A stretch of DNA of 32,000 bases from Aliivibrio fischeri ES114 (GCF_000011805.1 NC_006840.2); one strand, 5' to 3'. Shown: positions 9,983-21,450, counted from the first letter of the stretch. Numbers and translations are program-made. Notes: a model not told the origin generated them from the letters alone.

Positions 9983-12559
9983 TTAGTTCGCAACGATGTT
10001 TAATAACTTACCAGGTACGTAGATAACTTTACGAATCGTTAAGCCATCTAGGAACTTCATTGCGTTTTCGTCTTTTAGACCTAGTTCACGTACGTGTTCT
10101 TCTGTTGCATCAGCTGCAACAACCAGTTTTGCACGAAGTTTACCGTTGATCATTACTACGATTGTTTTTTCATCTTCAACTAGTGCATTCTCATCGAATG
10201 TTGGCCATGTTGCAGAATCTAAATCTGATTCACCTAGTGCTTCCCACATTGCAAAACTTGCGTGTGGTGTCATTGGGTAAAGCATAGCAACAACCGCTTT
10301 TAGTGCTTCATCAAGAAGAGCACGATCTTGTGCTGATTCTTGAGGTGCTTTGTTTAGCTTGTTCATCAATTCCATAATAGCAGCGATTGCTGTATTGAAT
10401 GTTTGACGACGGCCAATATCATCACTTACTTTTGCGATTGTTTTGTGAACGTCACGACGAAGTGCTTTTTGATCACCTGTTAGTGATGATGTATCTAGCG
10501 CTTCAGTTGTGCCTTTGTTTGTGTGCTCGTGAACCAGTTTCCATACACGTTTAAGGAAACGGTTTGCACCCTCAACGCCAGACTCTTGCCATTCAAGTGT
10601 CATGTCTGCTGGTGAAGCAAACATCATGAATAGACGAACGGTATCAGCACCGTATTTGTCTACCATTTCTTGTGGGTCGATACCGTTGTTTTTAGACTTA
10701 GACATTTTGATCATGCCTGAGTGTTCAACTTCACGACCTTGGTCATCAATGGCTTTCTCGATACGACCTTTACCATCACGCTCGATAGTTACATCCGTAG
10801 GAGCAACCCACTCTTTACCGCCTTTGTCGTTGGTGTAGTAGAATGCATCCGCAAGTACCATACCTTGACATAAAAGCTGCTTGAATGGTTCGTCAGAAGT
10901 AACATAACCCGCATCACGTAGAAGCTTATGGAAGAAGCGAGAATACAATAGGTGCATACAAGCGTGCTCGATACCACCAATGTATTGGTCTACTGGTAAC
11001 CAGTAGTTTGCTTTTTCTGGATCTAGGATATCGTCAGCTTGTGGTGAACAGTAACGTGCATAGTACCAAGATGATTCCATAAAGGTATCGAACGTATCTG
11101 TTTCACGTAGAGCTGGCTCGCCGTTAAATGTTGTTTTAGCCCACTCTTTGTCTGCTTTAATTGGACTAGTAACGCCATCCATTACTACGTCTTCAGGAAG
11201 AATTACTGGTAATTGGTCAGCAGGTACTGGGTGAACTTCACCATCTTCAGTTGTTACCATTGGGATTGGAGCACCCCAGTAACGTTGACGAGATACACCC
11301 CAGTCACGTAGACGGAAGTTTACTGTTTTCTTACCTTTGCCTTCAGCTTCAAGTTTCGCTGCGATAGCATCGAATGCTTCTTGGAAAGCAAGACCGTCGA
11401 ATTCACCTGAATCGAATAGAACACCTTTTTCTGTGTAAGCTGCTTCAGATACATCTAAATCAGAACCATCTTCTGGTTTGATTACAGGGATAATATCTAG
11501 ACCGTATTTAGTTGCAAATTCAAAGTCACGTTGATCGTGAGCAGGAACCGCCATTACCGCACCTGTGCCGTAATCCATTAATACGAAGTTAGCAACAAAT
11601 ACTGGTACTTCACGACCATTTAATGGGTGAATAGCACGTAGACCAGTGTCCATGCCTTTCTTTTCCATTGTTGCTAATTCTGCTTCAGCAACTTTAGTGT
11701 TGCGGCACTCTTCAACAAAAGCGGCTAACTCAGGGTTATTTTGAGATGCTTTCTCTGCAAGAGGGTGACCAGCTGCAATACCAACGTAAGTTACGCCCAT
11801 TAGCGTATCAGGACGTGTAGTATATACTTCTAAAGGAGAGGTTTCGCCATTAACAGCAAATGAAAGTTCAACACCTTCAGAGCGGCCAATCCAGTTACGT
11901 TGCATGGTTTTAACCATTTCAGGCCAACCATCAAGGTTATCTAGATCATCAAGAAGCTCTTGTGCGTATTCAGTAATTTTAATGAACCACTGTGGAATTT
12001 TCTTTTGTTCAACAGGGGTATCACAACGCCAACAACAACCATCTTCAACTTGTTCGTTAGCCAGAACCGTTTGGTCATTAGGACACCAGTTTACAGAAGA
12101 GGTTTTCTTGTAAACTAGACCTTTGTTGTACAGTTTTGTGAAGAACTCTTGTTCCCAACGGTAGTATTCAGGAGTACATGTTGCAAATTCACGGTTCCAG
12201 TCGTAACCAAAGCCTAATAGTTTAAGTTGGTTCTTCATGTACTCGATATTTTCATAAGTCCAAGGTGCTGGAGCGGTTTTATTTTTAACAGCCGCATTTT
12301 CAGCAGGAAGACCAAACGCATCCCAACCGATAGGTTGCATTACGTTTTTACCTTGTAGACGTTGGTAACGCGAAACTACATCACCGATAGTGTAGTTACG
12401 AACGTGACCCATGTGTAGACGACCACTTGGGTATGGGAACATTGAGAGACAGTAGAATTTTTCTTTGTTTGCGTCTTCAGTTACAACAAACGTTTTGTTG
12501 TCGTCCCAATGTTTTTGGATCTTTTGTTCAAGATCCTGTGGATTATATTGTTCTTGCAT
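9983..12559 (-). CDS. leuS: Leucyl-tRNA synthetase
   Basis: 858 aa; [15 protein letters not shown] (HIGH), [12 protein letters not shown] (KMSKS), GCCWRCD zinc/insert motif, CP1 editing domain motifs. Confidence 0.98.
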   Translation of the reverse strand: MQEQYNPQDLEQKIQKHWDDNKTFVVTEDANKEKFYCLSMFPYPSGRLHMGHVRNYTIGDVVSRYQRLQGKNVMQPIGWDAFGLPAENAAVKNKTAPAPWTYENIEYMKNQLKLLGFGYDWNREFATCTPEYYRWEQEFFTKLYNKGLVYKKTSSVNWCPNDQTVLANEQVEDGCCWRCDTPVEQKKIPQWFIKITEYAQELLDDLDNLDGWPEMVKTMQRNWIGRSEGVELSFAVNGETSPLEVYTTRPDTLMGVTYVGIAAGHPLAEKASQNNPELAAFVEECRNTKVAEAELATMEKKGMDTGLRAIHPLNGREVPVFVANFVLMDYGTGAVMAVPAHDQRDFEFATKYGLDIIPVIKPEDGSDLDVSEAAYTEKGVLFDSGEFDGLAFQEAFDAIAAKLEAEGKGKKTVNFRLRDWGVSRQRYWGAPIPMVTTEDGEVHPVPADQLPVILPEDVVMDGVTSPIKADKEWAKTTFNGEPALRETDTFDTFMESSWYYARYCSPQADDILDPEKANYWLPVDQYIGGIEHACMHLLYSRFFHKLLRDAGYVTSDEPFKQLLCQGMVLADAFYYTNDKGGKEWVAPTDVTIERDGKGRIEKAIDDQGREVEHSGMIKMSKSKNNGIDPQEMVDKYGADTVRLFMMFASPADMTLEWQESGVEGANRFLKRVWKLVHEHTNKGTTEALDTSSLTGDQKALRRDVHKTIAKVSDDIGRRQTFNTAIAAIMELMNKLNKAPQESAQDRALLDEALKAVVAMLYPMTPHASFAMWEALGESDLDSATWPTFDENALVEDEKTIVVMINGKLRAKLVVAADATEEHVRELGLKDENAMKFLDGLTIRKVIYVPGKLLNIVAN

Positions 12560-12725
12560 CGATTTACCCAGTTATGTCAGTGGATCACAAAAAATGTGAG
12601 ATCGGTTTGATCAGATAATACTTGATCGGCATAGAATAACTAATGGAGCGCTTATACTCAAGCGACCTGATAACCTTTAACTCACTCTTCGCTATATAAA
12701 TCTAGCGAAATCTTGGAGGTGACTT

Positions 12726-13208
12726 ATGTCTAAGCAAAAAACGGGTTATAACGCCGTCTTTGAACGAGTAATGAATGTATTAGAAAGAAGTCCTGAAGAG
12801 TTTGAACATTGGGCGAAGTCTTCAGAAGAAGTGGTGGATGCCGCTTCTGATATGACCAAAGATGAGCTTGCTCTTATTTCAACGTATGTTAAACGTGATA
12901 TTAAAGAGTTTGCTCAAAGTTATGAAGAGAGCAAAAACACATTTCCTGATTCGCCTTTTTACCGCTTAATTGCCGATTCAATTTGGCACGGCTTATTGGA
13001 AATAACCGATAGAACACAAGTTGAATGGAAAGAGGTCTTTGATGATTTGGAACATCAAGGGGTTTATCAGGCTGGGGAGGTGATCGGTTTAGGTATTCTA
13101 GTGTGTGAAAAGTGTGGGCACCGAGAACAATTTAACCACGCTCAAATCATAGAGCCGTGTACTCACTGTCAACATGAAGAATTTACAAGAGTTTCTTTAA
13201 AACCTTAG
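12726..13208 (+). CDS. ybeL: Zinc-ribbon-containing YbeL/DUF1451 family protein
   Basis: 160 aa; N-terminal helical region and C-terminal GLGILVCEKCGHREQFNHAQIIEPCTHCQHEEFTR zinc ribbon; position next to leuS. Confidence 0.88.
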   Translation: MSKQKTGYNAVFERVMNVLERSPEEFEHWAKSSEEVVDAASDMTKDELALISTYVKRDIKEFAQSYEESKNTFPDSPFYRLIADSIWHGLLEITDRTQVEWKEVFDDLEHQGVYQAGEVIGLGILVCEKCGHREQFNHAQIIEPCTHCQHEEFTRVSLKP

Positions 13209-13230
13209 TTTAAAAGGCTATTGGTTAAAG

Positions 13231-13263
13231 GTCTGTATATCAAAATAAAAGAAATACAGACCG
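13231..13263. terminator. Inverted repeat between convergent ybeL and lnt, possible bidirectional terminator
   Basis: GGTCTGTAT-N15-ATACAGACC, 9-bp perfect stem; weak U-tract on either side. Confidence 0.5.
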
Positions 13264-13270
13264 TATGAAA

Positions 13271-14785
13271 TTACATATTGTCTTTTCGTTTACGCCAAGC
13301 AACAAGCAGAAATAGACCGACTAATAAGTATAAAGGAATCGAACCCCAGTAGCGGTAAGGGGTAGTTCCTGTAGTAGGAATAACCTCTCCACGTAATACG
13401 GCAGTTGTGAACTGTGGGATTTGTTTTGTTATTTGCCCTTTATGATCCGTAATTGCGGTAACTCCATTATTGGTTGAGCGGATGACAGGTTTTCCTATTT
13501 CTAAAGCTCGCATTTGGGCCATTTCCATATGTTGCAATGGACCAATAGAGGTACCAAACCAAGCGTCGTTTGAAAGCGTTAGTATGTAATCAGTTTGAGA
13601 GGTAATATTTTCTCTCACTTGTTCTCCATAAACGATTTCATAGCATAATGCGGGCGCTAAATGTGACCCACTGGCTTCCATATTTGGTTGGATATAATCG
13701 CCGCGACTAAATGATGACATCGGTAGATTAAATATTGGCGCTATTGGACGTAATAAGTTTTCAAAAGGAACAAACTCACCAAATGGAAGTAAATGGTGTT
13801 TGCTGTATCTAGGTTGCTGCCCATAATCGTATCCATTGGTGCCATTAACACCTAATGAAATGATATTGTTGTAGAAATTTCCTGTAGGGCTTTGGCCCAC
13901 GATACCAGTGATGACTGTGCTGTTATTCATCGTTGCTGCGCTATCTAAATTGCGAAGAAAGCTAGGAATTTCGATTTCTAATGCTGGAATTGCAGCTTCT
14001 GGCCATACAATGACATCGGCATCCCAATTTTTACGCGTTAAATCCATGTACTTCATGATCGTTGGCCAACGCTCACTAGGGAGCCATTTTATTGCTTGGT
14101 TCACATTTCCTTGGATCAACGCAACTTTAGTTGCTTTATCTGGTTGAGGGGTAACCCAATCAAAAGGTTTGATGGCAAAAGAGGTTGCAAAAATAACGGC
14201 AGGGATAAGCAGTAATCCCCATTTCTTATCAATAAAGCTGTATGCCATGGTACCGACAGACAGAAGGATCATGACGGTTATGCCTTCTACACCTAAAATA
14301 GGTCCCCAAGCTGACAGTGGGCTATCAATTTGGCTGTAACCTAGCCATAACCATGGAAAGCCAGTAAATACCCAACCACGAAGCCAATCGGTGATAATCC
14401 AAAGAGCTGGTGCGGCAAGTAAGTACTTTGTAATGTTGTGATTGCTAAAAAATCGCTGTAAAAGAAATGCAAATAGCATTGGATATAACGAAAGGTAGCT
14501 GATCAGTCCTATCATTAAAAATAGACTGGCAGCAACAGGCATACCACCAAAATTATCGATACTGACATGAACCCAACTCACGCCTGCACCAAAGTAACCT
14601 AACCCCCAAACAAAACCTAACCAAGTGGCTTTTTTGGTTGTTTGCTTATGCATTAGTAATAAAAGGATTAAAGGCGCAATAAAAGCAAAGGCCCATAAAG
14701 AGTAGGGAGCGAAAGCAAGGGTTGCACTTGCGCCAGAGAGTAAAGCAACAAGAAGGCGAATAAAGTAATGAGAAAGTAAAGGCAT
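13271..14785 (-). CDS. lnt: Apolipoprotein N-acyltransferase
   Basis: 504 aa multi-pass protein with nitrilase-like C-terminal half: [41 protein letters not shown]. Confidence 0.95.
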   Translation of the reverse strand: MPLLSHYFIRLLVALLSGASATLAFAPYSLWAFAFIAPLILLLLMHKQTTKKATWLGFVWGLGYFGAGVSWVHVSIDNFGGMPVAASLFLMIGLISYLSLYPMLFAFLLQRFFSNHNITKYLLAAPALWIITDWLRGWVFTGFPWLWLGYSQIDSPLSAWGPILGVEGITVMILLSVGTMAYSFIDKKWGLLLIPAVIFATSFAIKPFDWVTPQPDKATKVALIQGNVNQAIKWLPSERWPTIMKYMDLTRKNWDADVIVWPEAAIPALEIEIPSFLRNLDSAATMNNSTVITGIVGQSPTGNFYNNIISLGVNGTNGYDYGQQPRYSKHHLLPFGEFVPFENLLRPIAPIFNLPMSSFSRGDYIQPNMEASGSHLAPALCYEIVYGEQVRENITSQTDYILTLSNDAWFGTSIGPLQHMEMAQMRALEIGKPVIRSTNNGVTAITDHKGQITKQIPQFTTAVLRGEVIPTTGTTPYRYWGSIPLYLLVGLFLLVAWRKRKDNM

Positions 14786-14850
14786 CGGCTATAACTCAAA
14801 TAGGTGGTAAGTAGCGAAAGAGAGTTAGTCTGTATAATTTAGATAAAGTT

Positions 14851-14874
14851 CAGCCACTGAAATATCAGTGGCTG
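14851..14874. terminator. Strong hairpin between corC and lnt (weak terminator/attenuator or mRNA stabiliser)
   Basis: CAGCCACTGA-AATA-TCAGTGGCTG, 10-bp perfect stem directly after the corC stop; no strong U-tract on the minus strand. Confidence 0.5.
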
Positions 14875-14880
14875 ATTTTG

Positions 14881-15759
14881 TTATTCTTCTTCAGGATCTT
14901 TGTTTTCAGATTCTTTATCAGGAATCGTCACTTGAAGTTGAATAATTCGACGGTTGTCCGCAGCAGTAACTTTGAATGTAAATCCTGAGATTTCAATCGT
15001 TTCACCACTTTCTGGTAAATGACCAAATCCAGTTAATACAAGACCACCTACAGTATCAATTTCTTCGTCGCTGAAGTTGGTTGAGAACGCTTCATTAAAG
15101 TCTTCAATTTCAGTTAATGCTTTCACAGAGAATGTGTGTTTGCTTAACTGACGAATGTCTTTTTCTTCTTCGTCATCAAATTCATCTTCAATGTCACCAA
15201 CGATTTCTTCTAAGATATCTTCAATGGTAACTAGACCAGAAACACCACCGAACTCATCGACAACGATGGCCATGTGGTAACGCTCTTCTCTAAACTCTTT
15301 TAAAAGCTTATCAACACGTTTGCTTTCTGGAACTACAACAGCAGGTCTAATAACTTGCTCTATTTCAAAGGCTTCACAGTCAGAGCCTAAGTATCTTAGT
15401 AAGTCCTTCGCAAGGAGTATACCTTCAACATGGTCTTTATCTTCACTGATCACTGGGTAGCGTGAGTGAGACGCTTCAATGATGGTTGCTATCAGTGATT
15501 CAAGGTCTTGAGTTTTCTCGACCGTAACCATTTGAGAGCGAGGTAACATAATGTCTCTTACTCTCATTTCTGCTATTTCCATAACACCTTCGAGCATATC
15601 TCGAGTGTCATGGTCGATAACTTCATTTTCTTCAGAGTCTCTAAACACATCAACCAACTCTTGGCGATCTTTAGGTTCTCCTTGGAATAGTTGTGAAAGG
15701 CGTCCTAAGAAGGACTTTCTACTCGGACCTTCTGTATTCTGTGAATTTTCGTCGTTCAT
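14881..15759 (-). CDS. corC: CBS-domain CorC/YbeX family protein (start refined from 15786 to 15759)
   Basis: Tandem CBS domains plus CorC C-terminal domain ([62 protein letters not shown]); MNDEN... matches the usual N-terminus better than the 9-aa upstream extension. Confidence 0.92.
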   Translation of the reverse strand: MNDENSQNTEGPSRKSFLGRLSQLFQGEPKDRQELVDVFRDSEENEVIDHDTRDMLEGVMEIAEMRVRDIMLPRSQMVTVEKTQDLESLIATIIEASHSRYPVISEDKDHVEGILLAKDLLRYLGSDCEAFEIEQVIRPAVVVPESKRVDKLLKEFREERYHMAIVVDEFGGVSGLVTIEDILEEIVGDIEDEFDDEEEKDIRQLSKHTFSVKALTEIEDFNEAFSTNFSDEEIDTVGGLVLTGFGHLPESGETIEISGFTFKVTAADNRRIIQLQVTIPDKESENKDPEEE

Positions 15760-15826
15760 GGCTTCTTTTAAAGTAAATGCTATCAATGTGGATAGCGCAC
15801 ATTAGTAACTACGGGTTATTCCGTTG

Positions 15827-16288
15827 TTATTTCTCAGCAATATATGGGTCTTCAAATCCCATACCTTGCATTAATTCTGTTTCGAGTGATTCCATCTCTT
15901 CAGCTTCATCATCTTCGATATGGTCATAACCTAGCAGATGAAGACTGCCATGTACAACCATATGAGCCCAATGTGCTAATAATGGCTTATTTTGCTCGAT
16001 AGCTTCTTCTTCAACAACTTGGCGACAGATAATTAAATCGCCAAGTAAATTAAGCTCAAGACCAGGAGGAGCTTCGAACGGAAATGAAAGTACATTAGTT
16101 GGCTTATCTTTACCACGATATTCGTGATTTAATTCATGACTTTCTTTTTCGTCTACAATACGAATGGTTAATTCGGCTTGCGGTTGAAATTGTGGAATAA
16201 CTGCATTTAACCATGTCATCAGCTCTTTTTCTGATGGTAAGCCGTTTTCGTTTTCACATGCAATTTGTAGATCGAGTTCAATACTCAT
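15827..16288 (-). CDS. ybeY: Endoribonuclease YbeY
   Basis: 153 aa; [11 protein letters not shown] and [28 protein letters not shown] metal-binding HGxLHLxGYDH motif. Confidence 0.96.
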   Translation of the reverse strand: MSIELDLQIACENENGLPSEKELMTWLNAVIPQFQPQAELTIRIVDEKESHELNHEYRGKDKPTNVLSFPFEAPPGLELNLLGDLIICRQVVEEEAIEQNKPLLAHWAHMVVHGSLHLLGYDHIEDDEAEEMESLETELMQGMGFEDPYIAEK

Positions 16289-16304
16289 TGTTCACCTGAT
16301 TTTG

Positions 16305-17378
16305 TTACTGATTATTTTCTGCTTCAGCCATGCGAGCATCACGCTCTTGCTTTCTGCGTATTTCCTCTAGTTTACGCTCTTTTTGATCTTTTGCTTCCCA
16401 TTTTTCATAAGCGTTCACAATTCGAGCTACGACAGGATGGCGAACCACATCATCAGCAATAAAGAAGTTGAAGCTGATTTCATTCACTTCAGAAAGAACT
16501 TCAATCGCATGACGAAGGCCTGATTTAGCGCCACGAGGCAAATCAATTTGAGTTACATCGCCAGTAATAACCGCACGTGAATTAAAACCAATACGAGTTA
16601 AGAACATTTTCATTTGTTCTACAGTTGTATTTTGGCTTTCATCTAGGATGATAAAGGCATCGTTAAGGGTTCTACCACGCATATAAGCAAGTGGAGCTAC
16701 TTCAATAACGTTGCGTTCAATAAGTTTCTCAACACGTTCAAAGCCAAGCATTTCAAATAGCGCATCATAAAGAGGGCGTAAATACGGATCAACCTTTTGG
16801 CTAAGATCACCAGGTAAAAAGCCTAATTTTTCACCCGCTTCAACAGCTGGACGAGTAAGCAGGATACGACGAACTTCTTGGCGTTCTAAAGCATCAACGG
16901 CAGCTGCAACGGCAAGGTAGGTCTTTCCTGTACCTGCTGGGCCAATACCAAAGGTAATATCGTGAGTTACCATGTTGGTTACGTATTGCGCTTGGTTTTC
17001 AGTTCTTGGCTTTATTAATCCTTTTTTGGTTTTAATAAAGACTTCTTTTCCATAAGGAATGGTTGAAACGTCTTCTTTTGCCTGTTCTAAAACACCGGAT
17101 TCTTTTACCGCTAAATGGATTTGTTCTGGCTCAATATCAGGGTATTGATTCTTTACAGGAGCGGTATCGACGTATAGATCTTTGAGAATATCAATAGTAG
17201 CTGAAACGGTATGAGGTTTACCGACCACGGTAAATAGGTTGCCTCTATAGTTAATCTCCACCCCTAAACGACGTTCAAGGTGCTTGATGTTGTCATCAAA
17301 AGGCCCACAAAGGCTAGATAAACGATGATTGTCTGCTGGCTCTAAGGTCAACTCTAATTTGGTTGTTTTAATGCTCAA
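16305..17378 (-). CDS. ybeZ: PhoH-like ATPase YbeZ (TTG start at 17378, not 17489)
   Basis: GPAGTGKTYLA Walker A, FIILDESQNTT Walker B; family N-terminus (M)SIKTTKLELTLEPADN starts at TTG 17378 preceded by AGGCGA; the upstream ORF extension reads through a terminator hairpin. Confidence 0.93.
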   Translation of the reverse strand: MSIKTTKLELTLEPADNHRLSSLCGPFDDNIKHLERRLGVEINYRGNLFTVVGKPHTVSATIDILKDLYVDTAPVKNQYPDIEPEQIHLAVKESGVLEQAKEDVSTIPYGKEVFIKTKKGLIKPRTENQAQYVTNMVTHDITFGIGPAGTGKTYLAVAAAVDALERQEVRRILLTRPAVEAGEKLGFLPGDLSQKVDPYLRPLYDALFEMLGFERVEKLIERNVIEVAPLAYMRGRTLNDAFIILDESQNTTVEQMKMFLTRIGFNSRAVITGDVTQIDLPRGAKSGLRHAIEVLSEVNEISFNFFIADDVVRHPVVARIVNAYEKWEAKDQKERKLEEIRRKQERDARMAEAENNQ

Positions 17379-17421
17379 TGTCGCCTCGCATAAAGTAACT
17401 AGTAAGGTATCTATACAGTAT

Positions 17422-17450
17422 TTATTGGGTAAATAAGGTATTTTCTCAAG
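17422..17450 (-). promoter_or_regulatory. Candidate sigma32-type promoter for ybeZYX-corC-lnt
   Basis: Minus strand CTTGAGA-N14-CCCAATAA, similar to CTTGAAA-N13-15-CCCCATNT, about 45 nt upstream of the refined ybeZ start and downstream of the miaB terminator. Confidence 0.45.
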
Positions 17451-17463
17451 ACTATAAAAGAAA

Positions 17464-17493
17464 AAAGATGACTGAGTAACCTCAATCATCTTT
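17464..17493 (-). terminator. Rho-independent terminator downstream of miaB
   Basis: Minus strand AAAGATGATTGAG-GTTA-CTCAGTCATCTTT (13 bp incl. one T.G) followed by TTTCTTTT. Confidence 0.85.
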
Positions 17494-17524
17494 ATTTGTC
17501 TTTGATTTTATTAAAGAGATCACA

Positions 17525-18949
17525 CTATGGCGTAAAAGTACCTACACCAAGATCATCTTCACGACGTGTCTTTTCCATCATTTCTGCTGGAGTCATAACA
17601 ACACGTAAACCCATGTCTTTTTCTGTACGAACTAGTTCACCACGCAGTGAGTTCGCAAATACATCTGTGATTTTAACATCAACAAATTGACCAATAAGAT
17701 CCGCTGAACCTTCAAAGTTTACAACACGGTTGTTTTCAGTACGAGCACGAAGTTCCATCAGGTTTTTCTTCGATGGGCCTTCAACTAATACACGTTGCTC
17801 AGTGTCTAGCATTAGACGAGAGTAGCGCATTGCTTGGCTGTTTACTTGCTGTTGCAGTTCAGCTAGGCGATCTTTCTTCTCTTGTTCAGGGATATCACAT
17901 GGATAATCAGCAGCAGGTGTTCCTGGACGCGCAGAGAAGATGAAACTAAAGCTCATGTCGAAGTCGACATCTTTAATCAGTTTCATTGTATCTTGGAAGT
18001 CTTTCGCCGTTTCACCAGGGAAGCCAACAATAAAGTCAGAACTGATTTGAATATCAGGACGAGCCTTACGTAATTTACGAATGATTGATTTGTATTCAAT
18101 CGCTGTGTGAGGGCGCTTCATCATAGTTAGAATACGATCAGAACCACTTTGAACAGGTAAGTGTAAGAAACTTACTAGCTCTGGCGTATCTTCGTATACA
18201 GCGATGATGTCATCACCAAACTCTAATGGGTGGCTTGTTGTAAAGCGTAAACGGTCGATACCATCGATAGATGCAACCATACGTAATAATTCAGCAAATG
18301 TGCAGATATCACCGTCGTGCATTGGACCACGGTACGCGTTAACGTTTTGACCCAATAGGTTTACTTCACGTACGCCTTGCTCTGCAAGCTGTGCAATTTC
18401 AAATAATACGTCATCAAGAGGACGGCTTACTTCTTCACCACGAGTGTATGGAACAACACAGTAAGTACAGTACTTAGAACACCCTTCCATAATAGAAACG
18501 AACGCTGTTGCACCTTCTGCTTTTGGTTCAGGAAGGTTATCGAACTTTTCGATCTCTGGGAATGAAATATCCATTACTGGTTTTTCATTTGATTGAGATT
18601 GGCGGATCATTTCAGGTAAACGGTGTAAAGTTTGTGGACCAAAAATTACGTCAACGTATGGAGCTCGTTGGCGAATATGATCACCTTCTTGAGTTGCAAC
18701 ACAACCACCAACACCGATCACTAGATCTGGTTTTTTATCTTTTAGGTTTTTCCAGCGGCCTAATTGGTGAAACACTTTCTCTTGTGCTTTTTCACGAATA
18801 GAGCAGGTATTTAATAGTAGAACGTCAGCTTCTGTTGGTTCTTCTGTTAATTCATAACCATTTGCGGCACCTAAAAGGTCGGCCATTTTAGATGAATCGT
18901 ATTCGTTCATCTGACAGCCCCAGGTTTTGATCAGCAGTTTCTTAGTCAT
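17525..18949 (-). CDS. miaB: tRNA-2-methylthio-N6-dimethylallyladenosine synthase (start refined to 18949)
   Basis: [26 protein letters not shown]; radical [19 protein letters not shown]; TRAM domain C-terminus; refined length 474 aa. Confidence 0.96.
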   Translation of the reverse strand: MTKKLLIKTWGCQMNEYDSSKMADLLGAANGYELTEEPTEADVLLLNTCSIREKAQEKVFHQLGRWKNLKDKKPDLVIGVGGCVATQEGDHIRQRAPYVDVIFGPQTLHRLPEMIRQSQSNEKPVMDISFPEIEKFDNLPEPKAEGATAFVSIMEGCSKYCTYCVVPYTRGEEVSRPLDDVLFEIAQLAEQGVREVNLLGQNVNAYRGPMHDGDICTFAELLRMVASIDGIDRLRFTTSHPLEFGDDIIAVYEDTPELVSFLHLPVQSGSDRILTMMKRPHTAIEYKSIIRKLRKARPDIQISSDFIVGFPGETAKDFQDTMKLIKDVDFDMSFSFIFSARPGTPAADYPCDIPEQEKKDRLAELQQQVNSQAMRYSRLMLDTEQRVLVEGPSKKNLMELRARTENNRVVNFEGSADLIGQFVDVKITDVFANSLRGELVRTEKDMGLRVVMTPAEMMEKTRREDDLGVGTFTP

Positions 18950-19163
18950 GTAACTTTTCACTCGTTTTGTATTACTAAAATTCGGTACAGTTTTGAGAGA
19001 CAAGCTCGATCAAAACGGATAGGGCGCGTATTGTACTGCTTTCCAAGCGCTGTGACTAGGTGTAGTAGACCATGAAAATTATAAGGACATGCAGTGAGTG
19101 ATTTCGATTACTGATAAATCAGGCTAGAATAAGGGAAAATAATTGATTCAATAAGGTCGATGG

Positions 19164-20321
19164 ATGATAAAAGAATATGATTATGCCGTAGTCGGTGGTG
19201 GCATGGTTGGCGCAGCAACTGCGGTTGGTTTGGCTAAATTAGGTCATTCAGTTGTTTTACTTGAAGCAAGAGAACCAGCGATTTATGACAAAGCACAACC
19301 GATGGATATTCGAGTTTCGGCTATTTCACAATCATCAGTCGACTTATTAGATTCTTTAGGCGCTTGGAAATTTATAAGCGAAACAAGAGTATGTCCTTAT
19401 AAGCGGTTAGAAACATGGGAACATCCTGAGTGTAGGACACGTTTTCATTCAGATGCTCTTAATATGGATCAACTTGGCTTTATTGTTGAAAACCGATTAA
19501 TCCAATTAGGTCTTTGGAATGAATTTTCTCAGTACAGTAACTTAAATGTACTTACTCCAATAAGCATTAATACAATCACTTTTCATCAAGAATACAATGA
19601 GTTAACTCTAAGTGATAATTCCGCATTAAAAGCAAAATGGGTAATTGGAGCTGATGGCGCTAACTCTTATGTTCGTCAACAAGCAAAAATAGGAATAACT
19701 GCTTGGGATTATCGTCAACATTGTATGTTGATTAATATTGAAACCGAGCAAGAACAGCAAGACATTACATGGCAATGGTTTACACCGTCAGGGCCAAGAT
19801 CATTCTTACCTTTATTTGGAAATAAAGGCTCATTAGTTTGGTATGACTCACCTACTCGTATTAAGCAATTAACTGCAATGAGTGATACTCAATTAGAAGA
19901 ACAAATCAAGCGACACTTTCCTGCAGAACTTGGTGGTTTTAAAGTTGAACGCTTTGGATCTTTTCCTCTTACACGCAGACATGCTCAACAATATGTAAAC
20001 CATCGGTGTGTGTTACTTGGTGATGCGGCACATACCATTAATCCGCTAGCAGGGCAGGGTGTTAATTTAGGTTTTAAAGATGTAAATGTCTTTTTAGAAG
20101 AAGTCGAAAAAAATGGCGTAGAGAGTGATAAAGCACCATCAAGATATGAAAGCAGAAGACGAACAGATAATTTACTAATGCAAACCAGTATGGACGTTTT
20201 TTATACCTTATTTAGCAATACACTGCCTCCGGTTAAATTATTACGTAATATTGGATTAAGAGCTGCAGAATCAGCTGGTCCATTAAAGATCCAAGCACTG
20301 AAGTATGCGTTAGGATTATAG
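19164..20321 (+). CDS. ubiF: FAD-dependent ubiquinone biosynthesis hydroxylase, UbiF-like
   Basis: 385 aa; YAVVGGGMVGAATAVGLAKLGHSVVLLE, GADGANSYVRQQ, GDAAHTINPLAGQGVNLGFKD; divergent from miaB as in E. coli. Confidence 0.88.
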   Translation: MIKEYDYAVVGGGMVGAATAVGLAKLGHSVVLLEAREPAIYDKAQPMDIRVSAISQSSVDLLDSLGAWKFISETRVCPYKRLETWEHPECRTRFHSDALNMDQLGFIVENRLIQLGLWNEFSQYSNLNVLTPISINTITFHQEYNELTLSDNSALKAKWVIGADGANSYVRQQAKIGITAWDYRQHCMLINIETEQEQQDITWQWFTPSGPRSFLPLFGNKGSLVWYDSPTRIKQLTAMSDTQLEEQIKRHFPAELGGFKVERFGSFPLTRRHAQQYVNHRCVLLGDAAHTINPLAGQGVNLGFKDVNVFLEEVEKNGVESDKAPSRYESRRRTDNLLMQTSMDVFYTLFSNTLPPVKLLRNIGLRAAESAGPLKIQALKYALGL

Positions 20322-20367
20322 AAAATATTAGGGACAAGGGACAAGTAGGAAAGAACTGGAAACGCAG

Positions 20368-20392
20368 AAGGTGAGCATTAATTGGTCACCTT
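20368..20392 (+). terminator. Terminator downstream of ubiF
   Basis: AAGGTGA-N11-TCACCTT followed by TTTTTGT. Confidence 0.75.
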
Positions 20393-20460
20393 TTTTGTAT
20401 CTGATTAACTAATTATCCTGATTGGTATGAATAGATGAAAATAGAATCTTACAGACGAAA

Positions 20461-20492
20461 AAAAAGCCCATCAAATTAATGATGAGCTTTTT
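20461..20492 (-). terminator. Terminator of the 14-tRNA operon
   Basis: Minus strand AAAAAGCTCATC-ATTAATTT-GATGGGCTTTTT followed by further T residues; directly downstream of the last tRNA-Gln. Confidence 0.9.
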
Positions 20493-20497
20493 AAAAG

Positions 20498-20572
20498 TGG
20501 CTGGGATACCTGGATTTGAACCAGGGAATGGCGGCATCAAAAGCCGCTGCCTTACCGCTTGGCGATATCCCA
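20498..20572 (-). tRNA. tRNA-Gln(TTG)
   Basis: Minus TGGGATATCGCCAAGCGGTAAGGCAGCGGCTTTTGATGCCGCCATTCCCTGGTTCAAATCCAGGTATCCCAGCCA; cloverleaf, CCA encoded. Confidence 0.97.
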
Positions 20573-20597
20573 ACGAGATTCTTACGAACCTAAATAA

Positions 20598-20682
20598 TGG
20601 TGCGGTCGGAGAGACTTGAACTCTCACACCTCGCGGCGCCAGAACCTAAATCTGGTGCGTCTACCAATTCCGCCACGACCGC
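20598..20682 (-). tRNA. tRNA-Leu(TAG), isoform GCGGTCG/CGACCGC
   Basis: Minus GCGGTCGTGGCGGAATTGGTAGACGCACCAGATTTAGGTTCTGGCGCCGCGAGGTGTGAGAGTTCAAGTCTCTCCGACCGCACCA. Confidence 0.97.
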
Positions 20683-20767
20683 ACAAATTTTATAGTGAAA
20701 TTAGAGATTGGTGATCTAATAACACTTTTTCCTTTCTTACTCTCAAGTTAATGAGAAAGAGAAAGAA

Positions 20768-20844
20768 TGGTGGCTACTACGGGATTTGAACCTGTGACCC
20801 CATCATTATGAGTGATGTGCTCTAACCAGCTGAGCTAAGTAGCC
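20768..20844 (-). tRNA. tRNA-Met(CAT)
   Basis: Minus GGCTACTTAGCTCAGCTGGTTAGAGCACATCACTCATAATGATGGGGTCACAGGTTCAAATCCCGTAGTAGCCACCA; elongator-type (paired G1-C72). Confidence 0.95.
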
Positions 20845-20854
20845 ATTCAATTAA

Positions 20855-20939
20855 TGGTGCGGACGGAGAGACTTGAACTCTCACACCTCGCGGCGCCAGA
20901 ACCTAAATCTGGTGCGTCTACCAATTCCGCCACGTCCGC
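20855..20939 (-). tRNA. tRNA-Leu(TAG), isoform GCGGACG/CGTCCGC
   Basis: Same body as the other Leu genes with acceptor stem pair 5-68 changed T-A to A-T. Confidence 0.97.
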
Positions 20940-21019
20940 ACAAATATTGTAGTGAAATTGAAGATTGGTGATTCAATAACACGTTGTCATAATCGAAATG
21001 AATCAATTATGTTTTAAAG

Positions 21020-21094
21020 TGGCTGGGATACCTGGATTTGAACCAGGGAATGGCGGCATCAAAAGCCGCTGCCTTACCGCTTGGCGATATCCCA
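21020..21094 (-). tRNA. tRNA-Gln(TTG)
   Basis: Identical to the 20498 copy. Confidence 0.97.
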
Positions 21095-21123
21095 ACGAAT
21101 TGTTTTACTAAACAATTAAAAAA

Positions 21124-21200
21124 TGGTGGCTACTACGGGATTTGAACCTGTGACCCCATCATTATGAGTGATGTGCTCTAACCAGCTGAGCTAAGTAGCC
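21124..21200 (-). tRNA. tRNA-Met(CAT)
   Basis: Identical to the 20768 copy. Confidence 0.95.
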
Positions 21201-21210
21201 ATTCAATTAA

Positions 21211-21295
21211 TGGTGCGGTCGGAGAGACTTGAACTCTCACACCTCGCGGCGCCAGAACCTAAATCTGGTGCGTCTACCAATTCCGCCACGACCGC
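21211..21295 (-). tRNA. tRNA-Leu(TAG), isoform GCGGTCG/CGACCGC
   Basis: Cloverleaf with TAG anticodon, CCA encoded. Confidence 0.97.
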
Positions 21296-21375
21296 ACAAA
21301 TATTGTAGTGAAACTGGAGATTGGTGATCCAATAACACGTTGTCATAATCGAAATAAATCAATTATGTTTAAAAG

Positions 21376-21450
21376 TGGCTGGGATACCTGGATTTGAACC
21401 AGGGAATGGCGGCATCAAAAGCCGCTGCCTTACCGCTTGGCGATATCCCA
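21376..21450 (-). tRNA. tRNA-Gln(TTG)
   Basis: Identical to the 20498 copy. Confidence 0.97.

Noticed and set aside
10602-12113. Several small ORFs inside leuS (10602-10838 +, 10789-10980 -, 11904-12113 +)
   Set aside because: Overlapping-frame readings of a strongly conserved leuS; no independent start signals or homology recognised.
17442-17489. N-terminal extension of the ybeZ ORF (MIEVTQSSFFFYSLEKIPYLPNKYC...)
   Set aside because: Overlaps a terminator hairpin and promoter-like region; the family N-terminus starts at TTG 17378.
20331-20346. Short direct repeat GGGACAAGGGACAAG downstream of ubiF
   Set aside because: Too short and single-locus to support an element call; probably chance or a simple local duplication.
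20409-20627. 72-aa minus-strand ORF ([18 protein letters not shown]...)
   Set aside because: It is a conceptual translation of tRNA-Gln, part of tRNA-Leu and the operon terminator; no coding support.
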